A DNA stretch of 54,453 nucleotides from Candidatus Ozemobacteraceae bacterium. Lineage in GTDB: Bacteria > Muiribacteriota > Ozemobacteria > Ozemobacterales > Ozemobacteraceae. Of the stretch, positions 18,294 through 27,707 are shown piece after piece (within the stretch, counting starts at the first letter, position 1; each line of letters begins with the position of its first letter). The stretch spans positions 1 to 54,453 of the forward strand of contig CALLCO010000232.1 of NCBI GenBank assembly GCA_937998695.1, given 5' to 3'. The notes under the pieces were generated by a model. The model did no database searches and was not told the DNA's origin. It saw only the letters and a list, made by a program, of their open reading frames with translations. A program made the translations under genes and the position numbers.

Positions 18294-19787
18294 TCAGCGC
18301 ACCGATTTATTGATCTTGTCGGTCAACTGCCGTTCGATCCCGAATTTTTCCTCGAGGGTTTCGAGGGCCTCGTTGATCTTGGCGGCATGGACATATTTCG
18401 GATTCACCGTCACGATTTCCTTGTAGAGTCGGTAGGCCCGCTTGAGGTTTTTGTAGGGGAGGTACTCCAACTGATGGCTGGGGTCTTCATTCGAGAAATT
18501 GTTGCCCGGAAAGGAGTTCCCGGTGGCGTAGTAGATGTTCGCCAGCTGATATTTCACGTCGAGCATTTCCGGGCCATACTGGGCGGCCAGTTCGTACTCG
18601 GCGATGGCCTCGTCGATCCGACGACGCATCTCCATGTATACCCCTTGGTAGAACCGGCACCAGGGGTTGTCAGGTTCGAGGGCGATGGCCGCGGTCAGGT
18701 GTTTCTTGGCCGAGAAGTCCATGATGCGGGGGAGGTAGATGGCGACCAGCCCGAGGTGATACCGGGCCTTGGTGGGATCGAGGGCGATGGCCACTTCGTG
18801 GAAGTGGATCGACTCGTCGAGGCGGTTGACGTTCTTCAAGCCGGTGGCGTATTTGAAGGCCGCTTCGGCCATCTCGCGATGCATCTCGAAAGCCCGGGCG
18901 TAGAAATCGAGGGCTTTGTGGAATTCCTTCAACCCGGTATAAGCATCGCCGGCTCCCCACAGCGGTCGCAGATCTTCGCTGTCGATCTTCAGAGCCTTCT
19001 CGAACCACTCGATGGCCTTTTTGTAGTCACCCCGCACCAGGCTGAGGTCGCCGCTGTACAAGGTCGCCAGGAAGTCCTTGGGATCGAGCTTGACCGCCCG
19101 GCCCAGCGCATCCTCGGCCACCTTGAAGTCGAATTTCTTGGCGAAGGTGCAGGCCCGGCCCAGCATCGTCCACTGGGCTTTGTTCATGGCCCCGTCGCCG
19201 ACCGCTTTGCGAACGCCCTCGAGCAGGGTTTTGGCCTGGTCGAAGTAGGTCTCGCCGTATTCCGCCATGGTCCGGCCAGCGATGTCCATGAGTTCGACAT
19301 TGCCGGGTTCGAGGGCCAGGGCCTTCTCGAACTCGAGAATGGCGTAGATGGCCTGCTTCTCCTCGAGATAGGCGGCGCCACGACGGTAGTGCTCCTGGGC
19401 CTTGTCATTCTTCAGACTGGCCAGGCGATATTTGTCCATCGTCGCCGCCGAAGGCTCGGCGATCCCCGCCGGAGCTCCCAGACCGACTTTCTCACGGTGC
19501 TTGGCCGCCCGTTTGAAAGCCTCTTCCGCGGACTTGGTACGGCCGGCGGCCTGCAGGGAGGTGCCGAAGGCTTCCCAGACCATGGCGGCCTTGGAGGGAT
19601 CGCCCCGCAGCAGGTTCTGGTGCTTGACCAGGATATCATTGAAGGCCTTGGCCGCCGGGTCGAACTGCCCGGCCTCGTGCTGGGCCCGGGCCTTCGCCAT
19701 GTCCTGCTCGAGGGTGTCGGCCACGCCGGCCAACGGCAACCCGAGCACCAGAATCAAGGCCAATAACATTCCAGGGAACCGAATCAT
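18294..19787 (-). CDS. Secreted tetratricopeptide-repeat protein
   Basis: Signal peptide; many TPR ends (FEKALALEPGN, RAVKLDPKD, FEKALKIDSED, AIALDPTK, AIALEPDN); ATGA overlap with upstream gene. Confidence 0.9.
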   Translation of the reverse strand: MIRFPGMLLALILVLGLPLAGVADTLEQDMAKARAQHEAGQFDPAAKAFNDILVKHQNLLRGDPSKAAMVWEAFGTSLQAAGRTKSAEEAFKRAAKHREKVGLGAPAGIAEPSAATMDKYRLASLKNDKAQEHYRRGAAYLEEKQAIYAILEFEKALALEPGNVELMDIAGRTMAEYGETYFDQAKTLLEGVRKAVGDGAMNKAQWTMLGRACTFAKKFDFKVAEDALGRAVKLDPKDFLATLYSGDLSLVRGDYKKAIEWFEKALKIDSEDLRPLWGAGDAYTGLKEFHKALDFYARAFEMHREMAEAAFKYATGLKNVNRLDESIHFHEVAIALDPTKARYHLGLVAIYLPRIMDFSAKKHLTAAIALEPDNPWCRFYQGVYMEMRRRIDEAIAEYELAAQYGPEMLDVKYQLANIYYATGNSFPGNNFSNEDPSHQLEYLPYKNLKRAYRLYKEIVTVNPKYVHAAKINEALETLEEKFGIERQLTDKINKSVR

Positions 19788-20839
19788 CGAGGGTCTCCTC
19801 CTGTGTGGATGGTGGAATAATCGAACAGGCATAGCCAATTCTTATCACCCACGAGGTACACTTGTCCAATGTCTGTACCCACCACGACGCCCGCGCGGGT
19901 GACTCCCAGACTCTTGATGGCCCGGGAGGCTGAGGCCGGGCCATCCTGCCTCTCGACCGTCCCATCCGCCAGAAGCCGGAACAACCCCTCTTCGGTACCC
20001 ACCCACAGGTGGCCCCCGAACGGAAGCAATGCATGGACCTGATCGGGAATCCCGGGAATCCGGCGGAAGGTTGCCCGCCGTGGGGCCGGCCGCCGAGGTT
20101 TCGCCGAGTCTGCGGGATGGACGGGTTCGAGCCGTTCCACCAATCCTCCCGAGCCGGTCCCCAGGAACAGGTTCCCCTGGAAACGGGCCAGAACGTTGAT
20201 ATTGCCATCACGCCACTGGCGATCGGGGAGTTCGACCCGGGTGATGCGGGTGCCTTCGAGGAAGGCCAGACCGGCGTAGGTGGCAAGCCAGGTGCCGGAG
20301 GCATCCGCCAGGGCGTCGTTGATCCAGTCGCTGGGCAGGCCATCCGATTCACCGAGGGTGACCCAGCGGCCGTCCGTGGCCAGACACAGGCCGTCCCCCA
20401 CCGAACCCAACAAATACCCCCCGCCAGGCAGCCCCAGAAACGCGTGGAAGTGCCGCGAGGGCGGATCGCCGAATGAGGTCAGCCGACTCCAGCGCCCGCT
20501 GGAGCGGTGCAGACGAGCCGCTCCGCCTCCGGCGGTCGCGACCAGCAGGTCTTCGCCTTCCAGCAGGAGTTTGCTGATGCGGTCGTCAGGTAACCCCCCC
20601 GGGGCTTGGCGCACCTGCGACCAGGTATCCCCCGTGCGTATCCAGAGGCCGGCCCCGAAGGTACCGAGGTAGAGGCGCCCGGCGTCATCTTCGACAAGGG
20701 CGCGACAGACACAGGTGTAAGCGGTTTTTTTCCATACCGACCCTTCTCTTGTCAAAGACCCGAGGCCCAGGGCCACCGAACCGGCGGCCGTCAGCACGAT
20801 CAGGAGCATCAGGAACGAGAGTCGGGACAGAGGTCGCAC
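19784..20839 (-). CDS. Secreted beta-propeller (Reg_prop-like) protein
   Basis: GTG start with AAAGGA RBS; signal peptide; LYLGTFGAGL, GLPDDRI, GLPSDWI, LFLGTGSGGL, LWVGTEEGL. Confidence 0.85.
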   Translation of the reverse strand: MRPLSRLSFLMLLIVLTAAGSVALGLGSLTREGSVWKKTAYTCVCRALVEDDAGRLYLGTFGAGLWIRTGDTWSQVRQAPGGLPDDRISKLLLEGEDLLVATAGGGAARLHRSSGRWSRLTSFGDPPSRHFHAFLGLPGGGYLLGSVGDGLCLATDGRWVTLGESDGLPSDWINDALADASGTWLATYAGLAFLEGTRITRVELPDRQWRDGNINVLARFQGNLFLGTGSGGLVERLEPVHPADSAKPRRPAPRRATFRRIPGIPDQVHALLPFGGHLWVGTEEGLFRLLADGTVERQDGPASASRAIKSLGVTRAGVVVGTDIGQVYLVGDKNWLCLFDYSTIHTGGDPR

Positions 20840-20880
20840 GAGGTCCTTTCGGCCTCCCTCCGGGGAGGCAGGAGCAGGGA

Positions 20881-21828
20881 TCAGGTCGGATCGGTCCCGC
20901 CGGCCAGGGCGGCCGCCGGGGTCTTGCGCTTGCGCTGGACGAGGAGCTTGCCGCGCCGGAAGCAGTCGGCGAGGGCGTGGGGGACCCGCATCTCGGCTTC
21001 GACGAGGCGGGCCTTCATTTCCTGTTCGATTGCCTTGTTCTCCTGCATCTGGGCGACGGCCAGGGCGCGGCGGCCCTCGGCCTTGGCCTGGGCCACCTTG
21101 CGATCGGCCTCGGCTTGATCGTTCTGCAGGATGGCGCCGATGTTGCGCCCGACGTCGAGATCGGCCACCTCGAAGGAAATGATCTGGAAGGCCGTTCCGG
21201 CATCGAGCCCGGCCTTCATGATGTTCTGGGTGATCAACTCAGGGCGCTTGAGCACGTCGGTATGGGTATCGGCCGATCCGATGGCCGAGACGATGCCTTC
21301 GGAGACCCGAGCCAGGATGGTCTCTTCGCCGGCTCCGCCGACCATCGTCTCAAGGTTGGCCTTGACCGTGATCTTGGTCTTGGCGATGACCTCGATCCCG
21401 TTGCGCGCCATGCCGGCGACCGCCCCGGTAGAGAGAACGCGGGGTTGGACACTCATGCGCACTGCATCCTGGACATCGCGCCCAGCCAGATCGATGGCGG
21501 CCGCCTTCTCGAAGGTCAGATCAAGGTTGGCCCGCCCGGCACTGATGAGCGCGTTGACGACCCCCTCCACGTCCCCGCCCGAAAGATAGTGGGCCTCGAG
21601 CCGGTCGAGGAACAAGGGCAACCCCGCCTTGTTGCCTCGGATGAAGGTATCGATGATGACATCGGTCGGCACCTTTCGCAGGTTCATGGCGATCAGTTCG
21701 ACCGGACCGACCGGAACCCCTGCCGAAAGGCATTTTATGAAAGTCCGGAAGGGGAAGAGGGAGAGGATGACAAAAAACCCGAGGACTCCGAGAACGAGGA
21801 GAATGCCGACAACAACGGTGCCAGTCAT
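20881..21828 (-). CDS. floA: Flotillin-like protein FloA (YqfA/UPF0365)
   Basis: LEAHYLSGG, AAAIDLAGRDV, VGGAGEETILARV, GLDAGTAFQIISFEVADLDVGRNIGA, AKAEGRRA. Confidence 0.93.
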   Translation of the reverse strand: MTGTVVVGILLVLGVLGFFVILSLFPFRTFIKCLSAGVPVGPVELIAMNLRKVPTDVIIDTFIRGNKAGLPLFLDRLEAHYLSGGDVEGVVNALISAGRANLDLTFEKAAAIDLAGRDVQDAVRMSVQPRVLSTGAVAGMARNGIEVIAKTKITVKANLETMVGGAGEETILARVSEGIVSAIGSADTHTDVLKRPELITQNIMKAGLDAGTAFQIISFEVADLDVGRNIGAILQNDQAEADRKVAQAKAEGRRALAVAQMQENKAIEQEMKARLVEAEMRVPHALADCFRRGKLLVQRKRKTPAAALAGGTDPT

Positions 21829-21861
21829 GGATGATCACCCCGGAATAGTGGATTCTCCCCC

Positions 21862-21890
21862 ACTTTAAACTTCTCACGAAGGGCTGTCAA
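21862..21890 (-). promoter_or_regulatory. Sigma70-type promoter upstream of floA
   Basis: TTGACA-17 nt-TAAAGT on the minus strand. Confidence 0.65.
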
Positions 21891-22096
21891 ATCCAAACCA
21901 GGGAAGGCGCGGGCTTCCATACGTACATAGACTATGGAGAGACCGGCCAGGATGTTTCAAAAAATATGGAAAGTGACGCCAGGGTCACGGCGAGGGCATT
22001 TCGCGGGAAAAAACCTCACGTGCTGAAACTGCACGTCGCTAGGGATTTTTTCCCTACCGGCTGGTCCCCATCTGAAATGGCGTGTCTGATGGTAGC

Positions 22097-22681
22097 TCAG
22101 TCCGACATCCGGGATTCGAGCTCACGCAGACGGGCAGCCGAAATCCGATCTTCAGGGTTGTGGTTGATCGTCTTCTGCAACCGATCGATCTCGTTGCGGC
22201 AGTAGCGGATGAGCCGTTTGAGCACATCGAGGTCACGGAGCAGGCTCTGATCGTAGTTGGGAAGCTGGGTGGCCCGGGCCCAATCGTTGAAGGCCTTCCG
22301 ATACTGGCTGCGCTCGAACTGGATCTGCCCGGACAGCTTGAAGGCGCCGAAATTATGGGGGTCATACCACTTTGCCCGCTCCAGGCGGCGCAGGGCTTCG
22401 TCGTAGCTCCCGCTGAAGTAGTCGCGGGTGGCATGATTCAGGTATTGGCTCGCCCGGGCCTCATTCAGATGCTTGTCGCGGTTGGGGAAGTCATCATCGA
22501 GGTCAGGGGTGGGCGTCGCCAGCCCCGCCTCCCCTCCTGTACTGGTGACTTGGGGCTTGAGACCGATCTTCAGCGAACCGAAGTCGACGTAGGCGAACCG
22601 TTGGACGAAGATGCCGCCGATGGCCAGAATGGCCACCACCGCCACCGCCAAGACTATTTTCGCCCCCGTCGACAATATCAT
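22097..22681 (-). CDS. Membrane-anchored TPR-like protein
   Basis: N-terminal TM; YDEALRRLERAKWYDPHN and YRKAFNDWARATQLP; ATGA overlap with upstream gene. Confidence 0.78.
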   Translation of the reverse strand: MILSTGAKIVLAVAVVAILAIGGIFVQRFAYVDFGSLKIGLKPQVTSTGGEAGLATPTPDLDDDFPNRDKHLNEARASQYLNHATRDYFSGSYDEALRRLERAKWYDPHNFGAFKLSGQIQFERSQYRKAFNDWARATQLPNYDQSLLRDLDVLKRLIRYCRNEIDRLQKTINHNPEDRISAARLRELESRMSD

Positions 22682-23523
22682 CTAGGGCACCAGGCCTCCT
22701 CGGAATGGATTCCCCGTTCCTGGAGGTAGGTTAAATAATCCGACCGGCCCGAACGACCCCGACCGGGTCGCCTGGTCGACAGCTCTTGAGCTGAAATTCC
22801 CAGCAGGGCGGCCTCCCGTTTCACGTCGGGGTTGCCCTGGCGAAAGGCGGAACGGACGAACCGGTCGAGGGCGGGCTCAAGGGGCCAGCAGCCAAGCCGG
22901 AACAGCCGCTCGGCGTTCGCCTGGGCAGCCAAGGGCGACAGACGAACCGCCCATAGGGAGCGGGCCCGCCACAGGTCGAGCTGCCCTCGCAGAGCCGCCG
23001 GACAGCGGCCGTCATGGATCGCTCTCCAGGCATGGATCCAGGAGAGGGTGCCCACAGGGTCGGCAGCAGGCGCGGGCAACAGCCCACGGTTCAGGAGGTG
23101 CTGCAATTCTCCTGGGGATAGGTGCACGAGTTGTGAGGCCGATGCGGCCTTTTGGCGAAGGGCTGGTTCTTCGACGGCAACAGCGAGTTCAGCGATCTCG
23201 GAGACGCTCACTTTATCTCTGAGAGCGCGATAGCGTGCGGTCAAGCTGGCCAGGTGGTCGGCATCCTGCTGATCGCGGATCTCCTGTCTGGATCGCAGGT
23301 CGGCGAGGCTTCCCAGGAGTTGGGCATCCGTGACCAGGGAATGATCCGGCCAGGTCTGGGTGAAGCGGTCAAAATGCTCGCGGGCTTCCCGCCAGTGGCC
23401 CAGGGTGAACGCCCGCCGGCCGTCCTGGTAGACTTCTTCGGGAGTAATGGCGATGATCGTGGTTGCCCCAGACAGGGCCACCAGCACGACCACTACCGGA
23501 AAAATGGCGCAAATCCGCTTCAC
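22678..23523 (-). CDS. Exported helical/TPR-like hypothetical protein
   Basis: Signal-like N-terminus; YQDGRRAFTLGHWREAREHFDRFTQTWPDH resembles a BamD/CpoB-type TPR. Start GTG 23523 or 23535. Confidence 0.65.
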   Translation of the reverse strand: MKRICAIFPVVVVLVALSGATTIIAITPEEVYQDGRRAFTLGHWREAREHFDRFTQTWPDHSLVTDAQLLGSLADLRSRQEIRDQQDADHLASLTARYRALRDKVSVSEIAELAVAVEEPALRQKAASASQLVHLSPGELQHLLNRGLLPAPAADPVGTLSWIHAWRAIHDGRCPAALRGQLDLWRARSLWAVRLSPLAAQANAERLFRLGCWPLEPALDRFVRSAFRQGNPDVKREAALLGISAQELSTRRPGRGRSGRSDYLTYLQERGIHSEEAWCPR

Positions 23524-23792
23524 TGGCCCCCCCACGCGTTCCAGCCTTCAAGTTCGCAAAAACTCTGCCAAAATCGGGATGGCGGGCCACCCGATCGTGT
23601 ACCCTTGGATTCATCGGCAGTTCGGGCCCAACACCGAATGGGACGCGGAAGGTTGGTCGGCACGCCGATGTGCGTTAAAGACACGTCGCGTCGATCAGGG
23701 GTGGGCTACCCAGCGATCACCGGGCATTATGTGCAAAAGCCCGCGTTTTCGGTTTGCGTTCCGGCTGAATGGCCCCTGGAGGCAGAAGGGGG

Positions 23793-24965
23793 TCAGGTTT
23801 TCTTCCCGTGGAGGCGCTCGGCGATGGAAAACACCAGATTGTTGTAGAGGTCGCGTCCGATCCGGAGCGCGTCGCGATTTCCCGTGGTCCGGCACGCCCG
23901 TTCGAGGGTGTCGAGCAAGAGATAGGCCCCCCGGAAGACCTGGGAAGGATCGAAATTCCAAGCCGAGGCCCACCAGTACTGGCAACTGTAGATCGCCTTG
24001 TCGAGCAGTTCCCGCACTTCCCCGTCCGAGCGGGCGGCCTCGTGAGCCAGCTGCATGACATGATTGGTCAGCACCCACTGGTTGTGATGGATCGGATTGA
24101 ATTTGCTATGCCAAAGGGGGTAGGGATCATCTTTGCATAGGTCTTCCATGGAGGCAGACCAGGTGGACGGCGGAACGAACTGGGGCCGCCCTGGGAACTT
24201 CCCGAGAAGTTCGCTGACGGTCACCAGCCTAATGTCTGGATATCCCTGGATGGCGTACAGGAGACTGCGGAGGAATTTTTCTTCATAGTATTTGTGGTGA
24301 TGCCCGAACGTTTCTCCATCCATGGCGATGATAAGGTAGCCATCGTTCGCGCCAAACCATTCGCCGAGACGCTCCTGGAGTTTGCCGACGAAATCCTTGC
24401 CTTTCCAGGTGTGAAAGGAGAGATCGTTCGACCAGGTGTTGCTCCGCAGGAAGACCCGCACCTGGTGCATGGTCGGCACGAAATCATACGGGGGCGGCCC
24501 CGAATGGAAGGAATAGGGGAGATCATCGGTGATGCACCACTGATAGCCAAGCTCGTGAAACAATTGCGCCAGATGCCCCGAGAAACACATTTCGGGGGGA
24601 AAGACCCCCTTCGGCTGGTAGCTGGGCCCGAAGGCTTCCTGGTTTTTGCGCCGGTTCAGCTCGAGCTGCCGTTTGACCTCGGCTTCGGGGATCAACGGGA
24701 AAATGGGATGATAGGCACCCGAATCGACGAACTCGAGGGTCCCACGTTCGGAGGCCCGCCGCAGGCCATCGATGATGTGCCGATGCCCCCTGGCCTGCAA
24801 CTGTTCGGTCAGGCTGTAGTTGATGTTGAGGGTGAACCGGGGATCGGAATCGCTGTTGAAGATATCGACCAGGGGCTCGTAGCACTGATGGACGATATCA
24901 TCGACGACGAACCCCAGCTGGGTCGGGGGTTGGTAGAGATGGAGGAGGATCGAGAGATATTTCAT
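23793..24965 (-). CDS. Glycoside hydrolase family 57 protein
   Basis: HLYQP, YHPIFPL, FPPEMC (nucleophile Glu), AMDGETFGHH (acid/base Asp), YSCQYWW. Confidence 0.9.
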   Translation of the reverse strand: MKYLSILLHLYQPPTQLGFVVDDIVHQCYEPLVDIFNSDSDPRFTLNINYSLTEQLQARGHRHIIDGLRRASERGTLEFVDSGAYHPIFPLIPEAEVKRQLELNRRKNQEAFGPSYQPKGVFPPEMCFSGHLAQLFHELGYQWCITDDLPYSFHSGPPPYDFVPTMHQVRVFLRSNTWSNDLSFHTWKGKDFVGKLQERLGEWFGANDGYLIIAMDGETFGHHHKYYEEKFLRSLLYAIQGYPDIRLVTVSELLGKFPGRPQFVPPSTWSASMEDLCKDDPYPLWHSKFNPIHHNQWVLTNHVMQLAHEAARSDGEVRELLDKAIYSCQYWWASAWNFDPSQVFRGAYLLLDTLERACRTTGNRDALRIGRDLYNNLVFSIAERLHGKKT

Positions 24966-25813
24966 ACCAGGACCCGTTCGAGCGCGCGCCCGAACAAGAC
25001 GCCGGTCATGCGGCGGCGGTAGTTCTTCTCCGAGCGCAGGTCATCGATGGGGCGGGCGGTCTCGACCACCAGGGCGCGGGCCTTGGCGACCAGATCGGTG
25101 GCGGGCGGCCAGGGGGCGGCCGAGAGCAGCTCCTCGGCTTTGCGGCAACGGATGACGGTGGGGGCCACGGCACCGAGGGCGATCCGGACCTCATGCCGCC
25201 CGTGCGCGGATTCCCAACAGGAGAGGGCAAGGGACACCTTGGAGATGGCGTGGGCCCGCCGCTCGCCCAGCTTGAGAAAGGCGCCGGCCGTGCGCCGATC
25301 GGGCAGCAAGAAGGCCTCGATCAGTTCGCCCGGCTGCAGCACGGTCTTGCCGGGCCCATTGAAGAACTCGGCGAGGGGAACGGTCCGGCGGCCGGCGGGG
25401 CCGAAGAGCAGGGCAGCGGCATCGAGCGAGAGGAGAGGCGGGATCGAGTCGCCGGCGGGGGAGGCGTTTCCCACGTTGCCACCGAGCGTGGCAGCGTTGC
25501 GGATCTGAAAGGCGCCCACCTGCAAGGTGCCCTGCACCAGCGCCGGGAAGCGCTCGCGGACCAGGGGGTGGCCGGCCACGGCGGTCATCGTGCAGGCGCT
25601 GCCGATCCGGACCTGGCCTTCGGTGAGGGTGATTTCGTGCAGTCCCAGGCCGGACACGTCGACGAAATCGGTGACGTCGGGGAGCAGGCCGTTGCGGTGC
25701 TTGACCAGCAGGTCGGTGCCGCCCGCGATGAGTCGGGCGCCGGGACGGGTTCGCAGGATGTCGGCAGCTTCGGGCAGGGAGGCGGGAAAATGCACACGCG
25801 CGAGATTGTCCAT
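24962..25813 (-). CDS. FAD-binding subunit, xanthine dehydrogenase/CO dehydrogenase family (CoxM-like)
   Basis: IAGGTDLL, QIRNAATLGGNVGNASPAGD, GPGKTVL, RPIDDLRS; TGATG coupling to upstream gene. Confidence 0.92.
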   Translation of the reverse strand: MDNLARVHFPASLPEAADILRTRPGARLIAGGTDLLVKHRNGLLPDVTDFVDVSGLGLHEITLTEGQVRIGSACTMTAVAGHPLVRERFPALVQGTLQVGAFQIRNAATLGGNVGNASPAGDSIPPLLSLDAAALLFGPAGRRTVPLAEFFNGPGKTVLQPGELIEAFLLPDRRTAGAFLKLGERRAHAISKVSLALSCWESAHGRHEVRIALGAVAPTVIRCRKAEELLSAAPWPPATDLVAKARALVVETARPIDDLRSEKNYRRRMTGVLFGRALERVLV

Positions 25814-26358
25814 CAGCGGGCTTCCTTCTTCTTCGAGGCAGCCGCCTGGCCGGGGTCGCGGGTGGGCGCTCGGGTGGCGGCGGCCTTGACGGCGGCTTTG
25901 GCGACGGCCTGCTCGATCTTGGCGTAGCCGGTGCAACGGCAGATGTTGCCGGAGTGGAACTCCTTGATCTGCTCGGCGGTGGGCTGGGGGTGGATCCGTA
26001 GCAGGTGGTAGGAGGACATCACCATGCCGGGAATGCAGAACCCGCACTGCACCGCTCCCTCGGCCACGTAGGATTTCTGAAGGGTCTGCATCAGGGGATC
26101 ATCGGCCAACCCCTCGAGGGTAACGACCCGGTCGGAAGGCCGCAGCGTGGCGGCCAGCTTGAGGCAACTGTTGACCGGCTGGTCGTTGAGCAGCAGGGTG
26201 CAAGCCCCGCACTCCCCTTTCCCACAGCCTTCTTTCGCGGCGGTCAGGCGAAACTCGCGGCGAACCAGTTCGAGCAGGGTCATGCCGGGCGGGACCCGGG
26301 CCTCGACGGTGCGGCCGTTCAGGGCGAACCGGATGGGGATCAGTTCCGGGGTGGGCAT
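25813..26358 (-). CDS. [2Fe-2S] subunit, xanthine dehydrogenase/CO dehydrogenase family (CoxS-like)
   Basis: KEGCGKGECGAC, QCGFCIPG, GNICRCTGY; SD GAGGTG. Confidence 0.93.
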   Translation of the reverse strand: MPTPELIPIRFALNGRTVEARVPPGMTLLELVRREFRLTAAKEGCGKGECGACTLLLNDQPVNSCLKLAATLRPSDRVVTLEGLADDPLMQTLQKSYVAEGAVQCGFCIPGMVMSSYHLLRIHPQPTAEQIKEFHSGNICRCTGYAKIEQAVAKAAVKAAATRAPTRDPGQAAASKKKEAR

Positions 26359-26371
26359 GTCATCACCTCTA

Positions 26372-27628
26372 TCAGGGGTTTCCGCGCACGGCGTCGCCCT
26401 CGCCGCCACCGGTGCCATGCAGGGCGCCGTAGGCGAGGATGGGCACGTCGCGGGCCCGGGCCGCGGCCAGGGCTTCCTCGGCCTTCTCGAGCAGACCGGC
26501 GTCGTGGGTGGCATCGCTGGGATAGGTGGCGGAGCCGATATGCAGGCGGGCGCGATGCTCACGGGGGGCGTCCTTCCCCTGCACCTGTTTCTGGAAGGCG
26601 CTGAGGACACGGCCAGCGACCAGGCGTGCGATCTCGGCGTTGGTCTCGGTCAGGATGGCGGCAAAGCCCCCGGGCTCCTTGCCGCAGAACATGATATCCA
26701 GGCGGCGCAGCGAGGCGCGCAGGGCACTGGCGACCGCCTTGGCATAGGCCTCGCGGGCCGGTTCGGGGAACTCCTCGAACGGCACCAGCGTCAGCAGCAG
26801 CAGCGTCATGCTCTGATTGTACCGCTCGGACCGTTCGATCTCGGTCTCGAACGAGTCGCGGAAACTCTCGTAGCGCCGCAGGCCGGTGCGCGGGTCGAGG
26901 AACTTCCCTTCGCCGGCCTGGGCCCGGGTAAAATGCAGGTCGAGGACCCCTTCGAGGAACAGAGCCACCTGCTCGGGAGCAGGCACCGGGCCCGCCAGGC
27001 CAGCGGGGGTGGCGGCATCGATCCGGCGGGGACCGGCCACGGCCGCCAGCAGGCCGCGGCGACCGCCGATCAGGTGCAGCGGGATCAGCGTCAAGGCCAG
27101 CACGGTGACGCTCGATCGGAAGCGCCGGGGGGCGAGAGCGGCATCCCACCCGGGAATCGTCTCCTCGCCGAGGTTGCCGGGGTGGCGCAGAACGAGCTCG
27201 CCCTTGCGCAGAGACCACCGGACGCCGGCCAGTTGGGGCGGGATGGCCCCGGTGGCCGCCAACTGGTTGCCGGTACCGCTTTCCTCGAAGAGCACGAGGG
27301 CCAGGCCGGCGCCCCGGGTCTGGGCGAGCAGCAACTCGAGAGCCCCGGGCAACAGCCGGTCGTCGGGCAGCCCGGGATCCGCCAGGAACCGCCGCAACGG
27401 GGCAAGGTCGCGACCGGGTCGGGGCGCCCGACCGGCGGCCGGCCGCTCGGGCCAGCCCTCGCGGAAGATCATCACGGTGTTGAGGATAACCAGGATGACC
27501 AGCAGGTTGGGAAGGCGGAGGGTGGTATCCCAGACCGGCTGCCCCCGCCAGAGGCCAAGGAGCAGCAGACACAGGATCACCAGGTTGCCGAACAGATAGG
27601 CAGTCTGGCTGGGGAAGCGTCGTTTCAC
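26372..27628 (-). CDS. Membrane protein with GAF-like region and degenerate GGDEF domain
   Basis: Two N-terminal TMs; DPRTGL, EIERSERY, LRRLD (RxxD I-site), GGDEF replaced by CGKEPGGF, IGSATYP, AEEAL. GTG start with AGGAG upstream; start uncertain. Confidence 0.78.
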   Translation of the reverse strand: MKRRFPSQTAYLFGNLVILCLLLLGLWRGQPVWDTTLRLPNLLVILVILNTVMIFREGWPERPAAGRAPRPGRDLAPLRRFLADPGLPDDRLLPGALELLLAQTRGAGLALVLFEESGTGNQLAATGAIPPQLAGVRWSLRKGELVLRHPGNLGEETIPGWDAALAPRRFRSSVTVLALTLIPLHLIGGRRGLLAAVAGPRRIDAATPAGLAGPVPAPEQVALFLEGVLDLHFTRAQAGEGKFLDPRTGLRRYESFRDSFETEIERSERYNQSMTLLLLTLVPFEEFPEPAREAYAKAVASALRASLRRLDIMFCGKEPGGFAAILTETNAEIARLVAGRVLSAFQKQVQGKDAPREHRARLHIGSATYPSDATHDAGLLEKAEEALAAARARDVPILAYGALHGTGGGEGDAVRGNP

Positions 27629-27707
27629 CGGGCGGTCGACTCCTGTCCTGTTGGGGCGGGCATGCAGGCTTGACGCCCCTCCCGTCTGTGGCTTATCTTC
27701 GACAGAC

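Noticed and set aside
15394-18426. 1010-aa plus-strand ORF
   Set aside because: Antisense shadow of the 926-aa secreted gene; V/G/D-rich composition typical of reverse-complemented biased codons.
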